64,000 nt of DNA from the NCBI GenBank assembly GCA_963737655.1, contig CAVTTN010000002.1, forward strand, positions 128,001 through 192,000, read 5' to 3'. Position 1 is the stretch's first letter. The number at the start of each line of letters is the position of its first letter. Source of the stretch: an uncultured Planctomycetota bacterium. GTDB lineage: Bacteria; Planctomycetota; Planctomycetia; Isosphaerales; Isosphaeraceae. The notes beneath the pieces are model-generated. The model was given only the letters and a program-made list of their open reading frames with translations, made no database searches and was not told the origin of the DNA. Shown piece by piece: positions 11,145 to 20,965 of this stretch. Made by a program: the position numbers and the translations under genes.

Positions 11145-14100
11145 CTACTCGATGTAAATCATCTCATTCGCACACAGGAGCACCTGGCAATACGCCTTCC
11201 AGCCCGATTCCTTCGGTTCACCCGGGGAATTCAGGGCGTGGAGCCCGATGGCGATCTCCTCGGCCGAGGCGGGCCGGGCGTAGAGGATTTCGCAGGCTCG
11301 GGTGATGCGTCCCCGGTCGTCGCCCGGCAGGGCGGCAAGCCTCCTGGCCAGGGCGTCGGCCTGGGCGATCACGAACGGGCTGTTCAGGAGGTAGAGCGAT
11401 TGCGGGGCGACCGTGGATTCGGCCCGGCGATCGACGGGAGCCGTGGAATCCGCCTGGTCGAACAGGGCGGCGACCGTCGAGCGGTCCGAGCGGATCGTCA
11501 CGACATACAGGCCGCGACGCGGGGCGTTCGGGTCGCGGACCGGAGGGCCGCCCCGGGTCCGGTCGAGCCGTCCCGAGGCGGAGAGCAGGTCGTCCCGGAT
11601 CGCCTCCGCCTCCAGCCTCCTCCGGTTCTGGCGAGAGAGCAGGCGATTGTCACCGTCGATCCTCAGGTCGTCGGCCGTCGGGCTGGAGCCTTGCTGATAG
11701 ACGGCCGACAGCAGGATCATCCGATGGAGTTTCTTCATCGACCAGCCGTCGCGGACGAACCGGACGGCCAGCCAGTCGAGCAGCTCGGGATGCGAGGGCG
11801 GGTCGCCGAGCTTGCCGAAATTGCTCGGGGTGCCGACGATCCCCCGGCCGAAGTGCCCCTGCCAGATCCGGTTGACGATTACCCGGGCCGTCAAGGGGTT
11901 GTCGGGCCGGGTCAACCAGTTCGCCAGCTCGACCCGGCCGCTCCCGGAGCGGATCGGCGGCTGGTCGTCGCCCGCGAGGATCGTCGGGAACCGCCGGGGG
12001 ACGAGGTCGCCCAGCCGATCGTATCGGCCTCGAAAATGGATCTTCACGTCATGGACGCCCGCATGAGGGCTGCCGGGTACGCCGCCGTCCTGCGCGGCGT
12101 TGGCGAACTCGACGGGAGGGACCGGCTCGCTCCGGAGCCTCGCCAGCTCCTCCTCGTCCGCCCGGAGCGTGGCCCTGGCCTCGGCCGGCAGGGCGGATTC
12201 GTCGGCCGGGTCCTCGATCCAGAATGGCGACGCCTCGGTGTCGAGCGGGAAGGTTTTCACCAGGGAATCGGCGGCCTTCTCTCGATCGGCGCGATCGGCA
12301 AGGTTGCCTCGGAGGAGGGCGGCGGCCATCGGGCCTCCGGGCGGACGAGGGTTGGGCAGGTCGCCGAACTCCCAGACGGCCGGATGGCCGAGGCGGTCGG
12401 CGTGGGGATTGCCGGCGCCGATGTCCTCGGCGCAGTCTCGGGTGAGGTCCCACGAGGCCGGTCCGTCCCAGGACGAGATCACCAGGTCCACGGTGGTGGT
12501 GTCGCAGGAGTATTCCCCCCGAGGAAGGATCACCAGCTCGAGGGCTTCGCCCGCCTTCACGGCGATGGACGCCAGCGAGTCGGCATCCTTCCCCTGGCCC
12601 AGGGCCATCCCCCCGCCGTTGCCGACCTCTCCCGAGGCCAGCTCCGCCGAGCCGAGCGCCGACCGCAATCGGACGACCCAGCCCACGCCGTCGCCGCACT
12701 TGTCGTCGCCGTCGGCGATCCGGCCGGTCACGCGGACCTTTCCCGAAATCGGGCTCCGCCACGACACCACCGCGGCGCTTTTGGGCCCCGGATGGACCGA
12801 GATCGACCGTGGGGGCAGCCGAAACGTGGCGATCTGCTGGGCGAGGGCCGTCGGATTGGCCGTGATCGAGGCCCCGGTGGCCCCTCCGTTCCAGCCGCCC
12901 ACCGTCACGGTCCCGCCGACGTTCTCCATCCGGTTCCCCAGGCGGTTCACCTCTCCCCCGCCGAGGACCCCGATCCACCTCTTCAGGGCGAACGGGAGCA
13001 GGCCCCGCTTCGAGGCGAAGTCGGCGACCGTCTGGCCCCGTTGCGTGTCGGGGCGGGCCTGATAGTCCCACGCCGCCTGGAGGTAGCGACTCGCCTCGGG
13101 CTTCAGACTGAGTGCCAGGTCGCGATACAGGCCGGCTCGCCTCTCCTTCAGGGACTTCTCGAGTTCGGCAATCCGCCGGTCCCGGGCCAGCTGGCGCCCT
13201 TGCTCCGCCGGGGAGATCAGGGGGACGCGGATGATCCCCTCGCCCTGGCCCTTGGGCGTGAGGCCGGGAAGGATGTGGGTGGAGAAGAAGATCCCGGCCA
13301 TCCCGTAGTAGTCGGCCTGGGAGATCGGGTCGAACTTGTGGTCGTGGCACCGGGCGCAGGAGACGGTCAGGCCCAGGAATGCCTTGGAGACGACGTCCAC
13401 CTGGTCGTCGGCGATGTCGGTGAGGATCTTGTCCTTGTCCGCGTCGCCATTGCCCCAGTTGCCGATGGCGAGCATCGTCGTGGCGATCGTCCCGGAGCGG
13501 TTGAAGCCGGGATCGCCCTCGCTCGCGGAGGCCGGAGGGAGGAGGTCCCCGGCCACCTGCTCGCGGACGAACCGGTCATAGGGCACGTCCGAATTCATGG
13601 CCTCGACGACCCAGTCGCGATACCGCCAGGCGTCGAGGATGTCCCCCGGCCCTCCGCTGCCCCGGGCGTCCAGGGAATCGGCGTAGCGGACCACGTCGAG
13701 CCAGGATCGGGCCCAGCGCTCCCCATACGCCGGAGAAGCGAGCAGGCGATCCACGACCCGGGTGAAGGCGTCGGGAGATTCGTCCTTGAGGAACGCCTCG
13801 ACCTCCTCCGGGGTCGGCGGCAGGCCGATCAGGTCGAAGGAGGCGCGACGGATCAGGGTCCGCTTGTCGGCAGGGGAGGCCGGCTTCAGCCCGGCGGCTT
13901 CCAGCTTCGCGAGGATGAATCGGTCGATCTCCGTCTTCGGCCACGATCCCGAGTTCACCCGGGGGATCGTCGGCTCGACGGGAGGCCGAAAGGCCCAGGT
14001 CTTCCGCGATTCGTCCCATTTCGGCGAGATCGAGGCCGAGGAAGATCCGAGCTCGACCTTCGCGTCGGGCCAGGGGAGGCCGAGCTCGACCCATCGCGAC

Positions 14101-14444
14101 AGGGTGGCGATGTCGCGGTCGGCCAGCTTCCCCCTGGGGGGCATCTTTGGCTCGTCGATGTAACGGACGGCCTGGACGATCGCGCTCTCGTCCGGCTTGC
14201 CGGGGACGGCCGCCGGCCCGGTCGCCCCTCCGGCGAGGACCGCCGCCCGGCTCGTCAGTTTCAGGCCACCCTTGGGCTTGCCCTCGTCGCCGTGGCACTT
14301 CTGGCATTTCTCGATGAGAAGGGGCCGCACCTCCTTCTCGAAGAACTCGGCCGATTCCTTGGGGTCGGCCGCGAGGATCGGCGACGCGATCGAGAGGGTG
14401 ATCCCGAAAAGGACGACGAGGCCGGGGCCCTGGGATCGTGGCAT
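11145..14444 (-). CDS. Planctomycete cytochrome c + DUF1549 + DUF1553 domain protein
   Basis: FFEKEVRPLLIEKCQKCH (CxxCH), YGERWARSWLDVVRYADS, CARCHDHKFDPI, NPLTARVIVNRIWQGHFGRGIV, PSHPELLDWLA. Confidence 0.93.
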   Translation of the reverse strand: MPRSQGPGLVVLFGITLSIASPILAADPKESAEFFEKEVRPLLIEKCQKCHGDEGKPKGGLKLTSRAAVLAGGATGPAAVPGKPDESAIVQAVRYIDEPKMPPRGKLADRDIATLSRWVELGLPWPDAKVELGSSSASISPKWDESRKTWAFRPPVEPTIPRVNSGSWPKTEIDRFILAKLEAAGLKPASPADKRTLIRRASFDLIGLPPTPEEVEAFLKDESPDAFTRVVDRLLASPAYGERWARSWLDVVRYADSLDARGSGGPGDILDAWRYRDWVVEAMNSDVPYDRFVREQVAGDLLPPASASEGDPGFNRSGTIATTMLAIGNWGNGDADKDKILTDIADDQVDVVSKAFLGLTVSCARCHDHKFDPISQADYYGMAGIFFSTHILPGLTPKGQGEGIIRVPLISPAEQGRQLARDRRIAELEKSLKERRAGLYRDLALSLKPEASRYLQAAWDYQARPDTQRGQTVADFASKRGLLPFALKRWIGVLGGGEVNRLGNRMENVGGTVTVGGWNGGATGASITANPTALAQQIATFRLPPRSISVHPGPKSAAVVSWRSPISGKVRVTGRIADGDDKCGDGVGWVVRLRSALGSAELASGEVGNGGGMALGQGKDADSLASIAVKAGEALELVILPRGEYSCDTTTVDLVISSWDGPASWDLTRDCAEDIGAGNPHADRLGHPAVWEFGDLPNPRPPGGPMAAALLRGNLADRADREKAADSLVKTFPLDTEASPFWIEDPADESALPAEARATLRADEEELARLRSEPVPPVEFANAAQDGGVPGSPHAGVHDVKIHFRGRYDRLGDLVPRRFPTILAGDDQPPIRSGSGRVELANWLTRPDNPLTARVIVNRIWQGHFGRGIVGTPSNFGKLGDPPSHPELLDWLAVRFVRDGWSMKKLHRMILLSAVYQQGSSPTADDLRIDGDNRLLSRQNRRRLEAEAIRDDLLSASGRLDRTRGGPPVRDPNAPRRGLYVVTIRSDRSTVAALFDQADSTAPVDRRAESTVAPQSLYLLNSPFVIAQADALARRLAALPGDDRGRITRACEILYARPASAEEIAIGLHALNSPGEPKESGWKAYCQVLLCANEMIYIE

Positions 14445-14517
14445 GGGCGGAACTCCTCGGACCGGGGAGCTTCGAGAGGGCGGGACGGTCGGGCGGATGG
14501 CGGGGCAGGGCGGGGAT

Positions 14518-15942
14518 TCAGGCGAGCACTTCGTGAACGATCCGGCCGTGGACGTCGGTCAATCGCTGGTCTCGACCTCCGTGGAAGTAGGTCAACAAGG
14601 TATGGTCGAGCCCCAGCAAATGCAAGATCGTGGCGTGGAGGTCGTGAACATGCACCTTGTTCTCGCTGGCCGCGTAACCGATCTCGTCGGTCGCTCCGTG
14701 AACGGTCCCGCCCTTCACGCCCCCCCCGGCCAGCCACGCGGTGAAGCCCTGGGGGTTGTGATCGCGGCCCTTGCCCCCCTGGGTCGTGGGCATCCGCCCG
14801 AACTCTCCCGACCAGACCACGAGCGTCTCGTCGAGGAGGCCGCGAGCCTTCAGGTCCGCGAGCAATCCGGCGATCGGCCGATCGGTCTCCCGGCAGTGGA
14901 GCGAGTGGTTCTTGTCCACGTCGGAGTGGGCGTCCCAGTTCTGGTCGTTGTGGCCGCCCCCGGAATAGACCTGGACGAACCGAACGCCCCTCTCGACCAG
15001 GCGGCGGGCCATCAGGCACTTCCGGCCGAAATCGGCCGAGACCGGGTCGTCCATCCCGTAGAGGCCCTTCGTGGCCTCGGTCTCGCCGGAGAGGTCCACG
15101 GCCTCCGGGGCGCTGCTCTGCATTCGATAGGCGAGCTCGTACGAGTTGATTCGAGCCGCCAGCTCCGATTCGTGGGGCCGGGTCGCCTGATGGGCGCCAT
15201 TCAGCTTGCCGAGGAAATCCAGCTGCGCTCGTTGCTCCTCGCGGGTGACCGGCGCCCTCGGGGCGAGGTTCAAGATAGGATCGCCCGAGACCCGGAATTG
15301 CGTGCCCTGATAGGTCGCCGGCATGTAGCCGCTGGCCCAGTTCGGCGCGCCTCCGATCGGGCCTCCTCTCGGGTCGAGCAGGACGACGAACCCCGGCAAA
15401 TCGCGGTTCTCGGTGCCGAGCCCGTAGGTCGTCCAGCTTCCCAGGCACGGCTTGCCCTGGAAGATCGACCCGGTATTCATCTGGATCATCGCCGATCCGT
15501 GGGCGAAGCTATCGGCGTACATGGATCGGACGATCGCCATGTCATCGACGCGCTTCGCCAGGTTCGGGAACAGGTCCGAGACCTCGATCCCGCTCCGGCC
15601 GTGCTTCTCGAACTTGCGGGGAGAGCCCAGGAGCGTCCCCTTGCCGACCGACCCCTTGCGGACCTCCAGGTCCACCGTCTTGCCGTGCTTCTGGGCCAGG
15701 ACGGGCTTGGGGTCGAAGAGATCGACCTGGCTCGGCCCCCCATACATGAACAGGAAAATGACCCTCTTGGCCTTCGCCGCGAAGTGCGGGGCCCGCGGGA
15801 CGAGCGGATCGAGCGTCGGCTCGGCGGCCCGGGACTTCGCGAAGAAACCGTCCTCGGCGAGCATCGAGGCGAGGGCCACGCCCGTGAACCCGGCCCCGGC
15901 CTGCCAGAGGAATTCTCGGCGAGTTCGTCCGCAGGGAGTCAT
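14518..15942 (-). CDS. DUF1501 domain protein (Tat-like RR leader)
   Basis: Start MTPCGRTRREFLWQAG at 15942 (ATGA overlap with the upstream ORF); same DUF1501 motifs as 9672..11075. Confidence 0.92.
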   Translation of the reverse strand: MTPCGRTRREFLWQAGAGFTGVALASMLAEDGFFAKSRAAEPTLDPLVPRAPHFAAKAKRVIFLFMYGGPSQVDLFDPKPVLAQKHGKTVDLEVRKGSVGKGTLLGSPRKFEKHGRSGIEVSDLFPNLAKRVDDMAIVRSMYADSFAHGSAMIQMNTGSIFQGKPCLGSWTTYGLGTENRDLPGFVVLLDPRGGPIGGAPNWASGYMPATYQGTQFRVSGDPILNLAPRAPVTREEQRAQLDFLGKLNGAHQATRPHESELAARINSYELAYRMQSSAPEAVDLSGETEATKGLYGMDDPVSADFGRKCLMARRLVERGVRFVQVYSGGGHNDQNWDAHSDVDKNHSLHCRETDRPIAGLLADLKARGLLDETLVVWSGEFGRMPTTQGGKGRDHNPQGFTAWLAGGGVKGGTVHGATDEIGYAASENKVHVHDLHATILHLLGLDHTLLTYFHGGRDQRLTDVHGRIVHEVLA

Positions 15943-16274
15943 GGCGCCTCCGATCCGATTCCGATTCGAGAGAGCTCGCGGACGAGCATGACGATACAGA
16001 ACGCGACGAATGCGACCCGCAACGGCCCGGATGCCTTCTTGACCACTCGTTTCGTCCCGGCGGAGGCCCGGGAGTTCATCACCAGGCTGACGACCGGCCG
16101 GATCGCAAAGCCCACCGCGAACAGCAGGAGCCAGGGATCGCGCCGGACCGCGGAGAACAGGACGGCCGCCCCCATCATGGCGATCGACGAGGCGTGGCGA
16201 CGCAAGATCCAAGAAATCGCCCGAGGGTCCAGCCCCGGATGTTCACAATCGGGGGTTGTTTCGGGCTTGCCCAC
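15939..16274 (-). CDS. Small hypothetical membrane protein
   Basis: 111 aa with about three hydrophobic segments; fills the gap between DUF1553 and DUF1501 exactly, with stop/start overlap. Confidence 0.55.
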   Translation of the reverse strand: MGKPETTPDCEHPGLDPRAISWILRRHASSIAMMGAAVLFSAVRRDPWLLLFAVGFAIRPVVSLVMNSRASAGTKRVVKKASGPLRVAFVAFCIVMLVRELSRIGIGSEAP

Positions 16275-16287
16275 GCTCCGGCCTCCG

Positions 16288-18339
16288 TCAGTCGATCGTC
16301 ACGAACTCATTCGCGTTGAGAAGGACCAGACAGAAGGCCCGGAGGGCCTGGCCCTCGGGGTCGCGGCGGTCCTCGGCCTTCGCCCGATTCGCGATCCGCT
16401 GGGCCTGGGCGGCCAGGAACCGCCGGGTTTCGCCCCGCTCGTCTTCGGTCGGTGGTCGCGAGAAGGCCAGGGAGAACGCCAGGTCGATCTGCCTCTCGTC
16501 GTCCTCGCCGGCCTCGTTCTTGAGCCTCTCGGCGAACTTCTCCGCCTGCTCATGCAGGAACGCTCCATTCAAGAACGTGAGCGCTTGAGGAGCGATCGTG
16601 GTCACCGTCCGCCGGGGGCAGGGCTCGTTCGGGTCGGGCGCGTCCATGAGGTCGAGCTCCGGGACGGCAAGCGTCCTCTTGACCTTCACGTAGACGCTCC
16701 GACGCCACACCGACTTGCCCCTGGTCGCCGACCATCCGCTGCCCGGCCGGGACTGACCGGCGAGCACGGCCGGATCGATCTCGGGCATGACGCTCGGGCC
16801 TCCCCGGGTCGGGTCGAGCGTCCCGGCCACGGACAGGATCGCGTCTCGGTTGGCCTCGGCCTCCAGCCTCCGGGGAGACCTCCTCCAGAGGCGGAGGTCG
16901 TCGGGGTCCGCCGCGGCCGAGGCATCGTCCCATCGGCCCGATCGCCGGTAGGCCGCGCTCGTGACCATCAGCCGATGCATCGCCTTGAGGCTCCAGCCTC
17001 GGGCCACGAATTCCGAGGCGAGCCAGTCGAGCAATTCGGGGTCGGACGGCTCCTCGCCCATGAGCCCGAAATCGCTGGGCGTGGCCACGATCCCCCGCCC
17101 GAAATGCCCCTGCCAGAGCCGATTGACCATCACCCGGGCCGTCAGAGGATTCGCGGGACTGGCGATCCATCGGGCCAGGGAGAGCCGCCGGCCCGTGGTT
17201 TTTCCTCCGGCGGGAGGCTCGATCCGGGCCGGCTCGGAATCGATCGCCGAGAGGTAGCCCGGAGCCACCTCGGTTCCCGGCTTGTGGGCATCGCCTCGGA
17301 TCATCACATGAGTCGGTTCGGCGGACGGCCCCGAGTCGGTCAGGCCCAGGACGCTCGGCAGGCCGGTCGGCCGGAAGCGTTCGAGCCGCTTGATGTCGAG
17401 GTCGAGCGTGGTTTTCAGCGATTTTTGCGCCTCCGGAACGCCGGCCAGCCTCTCCTTCAATCGAGCGATCTGGCGATCCACGGCCGCGTTCAGGTCGGCG
17501 ACCCGGGCGCGCTCGGAGTCGTTGGCCAGGATCAGGCTGATGCTCTCGTCCTGCCCCCGGACGTATCTCCGGCCCGGGGCGAAGAACGAGAGCATCTTGT
17601 AGTAGTCGGACTGCTTGATCGGGTCGAATTTGTGGTCGTGGCAGCGGGCGCAATGGACCGTCAGCCCGAGCATCGTCGTGCCGACCGTCTTGATCAGGTC
17701 GTCCAGCTGGTCGAAGCGGTCCATGACCGGGTCGGCCGGCTCGTCGTCGATCGGCCCCAGGCGATACCAGCCGGTGGCGGTCCGGGATGCATCCGAGGCG
17801 TCGGGGACCTCGTCTCCGGCGAGCTGGTCGATCAGGAAGCGATCGTACGGGAGGTCGCGGTTCAGGGCGTCGATCACCCAGTCGCGATAGGTCCAGGGGT
17901 TGGGCTTCGGGTCGTCCCGTTCGTAGCCGTGGGTCTCTGCATAGCGGACGAGGTCGAGCCAGTGGCGAGCCCATCGCTCTCCGTAAGACGGCGAGGCGAG
18001 CAGGCGATCGACCAGCTGCTTGTAAGCGTCGGGCCGGTCGTCGGCCAGGAACGCGGCCACGGACTCGGGCGAGGGAGGCAGGCCGGTCAGGTCGAAGGAA
18101 AGGCGGCGGATCAGGGTCCGTCGGTCCGCCTCGGGCGCTGGGTTCAAGCCTTCGGACTCGATCGCTCGATCGAGGAACGCATCGATCGGGTTCGCCGACG
18201 CCGGGCCATCGCGCCTCGGCACCTCGGGGCGAGCCACCGGGCGAAACGCCCAGGGCTTGCTCTCGGGCGAACTCGGACCGGCGCCGGCCGACGCGGCGAT
18301 CAGACCCAGGACGACCCAGAACCATCGGCGATCGGTCAT
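16288..18339 (-). CDS. DUF1549/DUF1553 domain protein (no N-terminal cytochrome c domain)
   Basis: Start MTDRRWFWVVLGLIAASAGA; NPIDAFL, YGERWARHWLDLVRYAET, CARCHDHKFDPI, NPLTARVMVNRLWQGHFGRG. Confidence 0.92.
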   Translation of the reverse strand: MTDRRWFWVVLGLIAASAGAGPSSPESKPWAFRPVARPEVPRRDGPASANPIDAFLDRAIESEGLNPAPEADRRTLIRRLSFDLTGLPPSPESVAAFLADDRPDAYKQLVDRLLASPSYGERWARHWLDLVRYAETHGYERDDPKPNPWTYRDWVIDALNRDLPYDRFLIDQLAGDEVPDASDASRTATGWYRLGPIDDEPADPVMDRFDQLDDLIKTVGTTMLGLTVHCARCHDHKFDPIKQSDYYKMLSFFAPGRRYVRGQDESISLILANDSERARVADLNAAVDRQIARLKERLAGVPEAQKSLKTTLDLDIKRLERFRPTGLPSVLGLTDSGPSAEPTHVMIRGDAHKPGTEVAPGYLSAIDSEPARIEPPAGGKTTGRRLSLARWIASPANPLTARVMVNRLWQGHFGRGIVATPSDFGLMGEEPSDPELLDWLASEFVARGWSLKAMHRLMVTSAAYRRSGRWDDASAAADPDDLRLWRRSPRRLEAEANRDAILSVAGTLDPTRGGPSVMPEIDPAVLAGQSRPGSGWSATRGKSVWRRSVYVKVKRTLAVPELDLMDAPDPNEPCPRRTVTTIAPQALTFLNGAFLHEQAEKFAERLKNEAGEDDERQIDLAFSLAFSRPPTEDERGETRRFLAAQAQRIANRAKAEDRRDPEGQALRAFCLVLLNANEFVTID

Positions 18340-18384
18340 GTCCGCGGACCTCGCTTCGCCGGGAGGATGTTCGGCAGTTGTTGA

Positions 18385-18413
18385 ATTTTCGCGGGTCCAG
18401 TCCCCTTTGACAA
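18385..18413 (-). promoter_or_regulatory. Putative sigma70 promoter for the DUF1553/DUF1501 operon
   Basis: Minus strand TTGTCA-N17-GAAAAT, 45 nt upstream of the ATG at 18339. Confidence 0.4.
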
Positions 18414-18478
18414 GAGAAATCCGGACGAGCCGCCCGGGCGACGTGATCCTTTTCGTCGCCCGGGCGGTCGAATCTTCG

Positions 18479-19824
18479 TCAAACCTCAAGCTTCCAGGGG
18501 GCCCTCATGGGCCGGGAGAGCATCTCGTCGGCGAGGGCATCGCCGAAGAATCTCCCCTTGTCCGGCTGCCATCGGAGGGTCCGGCCGCCCATCCTCAGGG
18601 AGATGTTGCCGATGTGGCAGACCGTGACCGAGCGGAAGCCGATGGCCACGTCGCAGATCGGCTTCTCCCGGCTCTGGAGGCATTCGAGGAAGTTCCGCAT
18701 GTGGTCGTCCGACTTGTACAGCCGCACGGCATCGTTGGGCAGCGGCTCGTCCAGGAGCTTCTTGTCGCTGGCGGTGATCTTGCCGCGATCGACGAAGATC
18801 CAGTCGCCCTTCTCGCCGATGAACTTGACGCCGTTGTCGCCGCCGTCGGTGCAGATCAGCTTCGTGCCGTCGCAATACTTCGAGGCATCCTTGGCATAGG
18901 TGTAGGTGACCTTGAAGTGCGGCGGGCAGTTGTAGCAGTTCGGCTCGTTGTGCGTCGGCTTGTCGCACTCGGAGGTCACTTCGACGGGCCCGGACTCGTC
19001 CATGCCGAGGCCCCACTGGGCGATGTCGTTGTGGTGGGCGCCCCAGTCGGTGACCTTGCCGCCGGAGTACTCGTACCACCAGCGGAATTCGTAGTGGCAC
19101 CGCTTCTCGACGTACTCGACCTCGGGCGTGGGGCCCATCCAGAAGTTCCAATCCAGTCCCTTGGGAACATCGGCGGTGGGGAAGGGGCCGCCCTCGGGAT
19201 TGTCGCCGATGTGGGTCTCGACCGTCCGGATCTTGCCGAGCCGGCCGTTTCGGACGAGCTCGCAGGCCATGCGGAACCGGCCGTCGGACCGCTGCTGGCT
19301 GCCGGTCTGGAACACGCGGTCGTACTTCCTCGCCGCGTCGACCATCGCGCGCCCCTCGGCGACGGTCAGGCTCAGCGGCTTCTCGCAATAGACGTCCTTG
19401 CCGCGCTTCATGGCCTCGACGGCGATCAGGGCGTGCCAGTGGTCGGGCGTCACGACGGTGACGGCGGTGATGTCCTTGCGGTCGAGGATCTCGCGGAAGT
19501 CGCCGTACTGATCGATCTTGTGGTCGCCGTACTTGCCCAGGACCTTGACGGCGGACTCGCGGTGGTTCGCGTCCACGTCGCACACGGCGACGAATTTGAC
19601 GCCCCGTTGCGCGGCCTCCTCCATCACGGCCTGGCCTCGGAGCCCGTGCCGATGGCGGCCATCACGGCCTTGGGCTCGGCGGCGGCCTTCTTCGCCTTCT
19701 CGGCGTCCTGGAGGGCCGTCGCGGCGGCCTCCCGGGCGAACCACAACGGCATCCCGGCGGCGACCACCGAAGCGGTCGTCCCGTTCAAGAACCCCCGACG
19801 AGAGACGGGACCCCCGGTCTTCAT
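18479..19824 (-). CDS. Tat-exported Gfo/Idh/MocA oxidoreductase, frameshifted near 19640
   Basis: MKTGGPVSRRGFL Tat signal; one missing C restores IGTGSRG; VAVCDVD, TPDHWH, DVYCEKP, FQTGSQQRS, DWGAHHNDI. Confidence 0.9.
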
Positions 19825-20061
19825 GGGCTGGCTCCTCACGAGGAAGGGAAGGAGAGGCGGGATCGGCCCACCATAGCAGGGACCGGCCCTCGAAGGAACA
19901 GGCGGGCGGCGATGGCCCGGAGGGCAAGGGGACTTGCCCGGGACGCCCCCCGGCGGCGAAGATGGTAACGGTGGGTGCTGAAACCTTCTCATGCGGAGAA
20001 TTCCGCGTTTTGCTCTCCCATCGGCGATCATCCGCGGATCGATTCTTCTTCGGGGACCGGG

Positions 20062-20946
20062 ATGGCCGCGAATCGACAGACGTTCGGGATTGAAGCCCTG
20101 GATCGCTTGCTCGGGGGCGGATTGATCCCCGGGACGCTCACGGTGATCGCCGGGGCCACCGGGGCGGGCAAGACCCAGCTCGGTTTATCCTGGGCGAACC
20201 AGGGGCTTCGGGCCGAGGGCCGGCGGGGGGTCGTCTGCGACCTCACGAGCCGAGGCGACGCCCAGAACCACGCGAATTACGCCCTCGACCGCTTCGGCTG
20301 GGCCATGACGCCTCACGAGCTTTCCGGCGCCCTGGACCTCGATGCCTTCTGGACGAGCGACCAGGGCGACTACGTGCATCCCTTCGAGCGCGCCGGCCGC
20401 CGGGTGACCCGACGAGACCTCGAACCCGACGACTGGCACTCCTGGAAATCCGATCTCGCCCGGGTCCTCCGCTCGGCCGCGGCCTATTTCTACGGCCAGT
20501 TCGTCCGCGGGACGCGCCGGGTCGTGGTCGACGGGATCGAGCCGACCGAACGGTTCGCCGACTCGATCCAGTTCGAGTTCTTCGAATATCTCTATCATCA
20601 CATCCTGAGAAAAGAGGATGCCTGGGCGGCGAGAGAGGTCTTCCGCGAGCGGTTTCGGGCCGAAGAGCCTCGAGTCCTGGCCCATCGTTACGACCACTCG
20701 GCGATCGGCTGCCTGTACCTGTACACCACGCCTCACGTCCTCTTGGACGACCTGATCGGCCAGCCGATCGGCGAGGGGGACATCTTCACCAACGCCAATA
20801 CGATCCTCCTGATGGGCCGGACGAAGGAAGCCGGCCGGATGGGCCGGGCCCTCTACGTGGCGAAGCACCGCGGGAGTGCCTGCGGGGACGAGGTCGTCCC
20901 GTATCGGATCACGGATCGAGGCATCGAGATCGACAGGATCGCGTAA
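20062..20946 (+). CDS. KaiC/RAD55-like RecA-superfamily ATPase (single domain)
   Basis: FGIEALDRLLGGG, Walker A GATGAGKT, Walker B VVVDG, RALYVAKHRGS. Confidence 0.85.
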   Translation: MAANRQTFGIEALDRLLGGGLIPGTLTVIAGATGAGKTQLGLSWANQGLRAEGRRGVVCDLTSRGDAQNHANYALDRFGWAMTPHELSGALDLDAFWTSDQGDYVHPFERAGRRVTRRDLEPDDWHSWKSDLARVLRSAAAYFYGQFVRGTRRVVVDGIEPTERFADSIQFEFFEYLYHHILRKEDAWAAREVFRERFRAEEPRVLAHRYDHSAIGCLYLYTTPHVLLDDLIGQPIGEGDIFTNANTILLMGRTKEAGRMGRALYVAKHRGSACGDEVVPYRITDRGIEIDRIA

Positions 20947-20965
20947 GCGGCGCCGTTTCGACCGA

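Noticed and set aside
10653..18384. Very long plus-strand ORFs (1363 aa, 1395 aa) and similar ones such as 8067..10475, 24002..27283, 29228..31825 and 46823..49306
   Set aside because: Antisense shadow frames of well-supported genes in high-GC DNA; no recognisable motifs.
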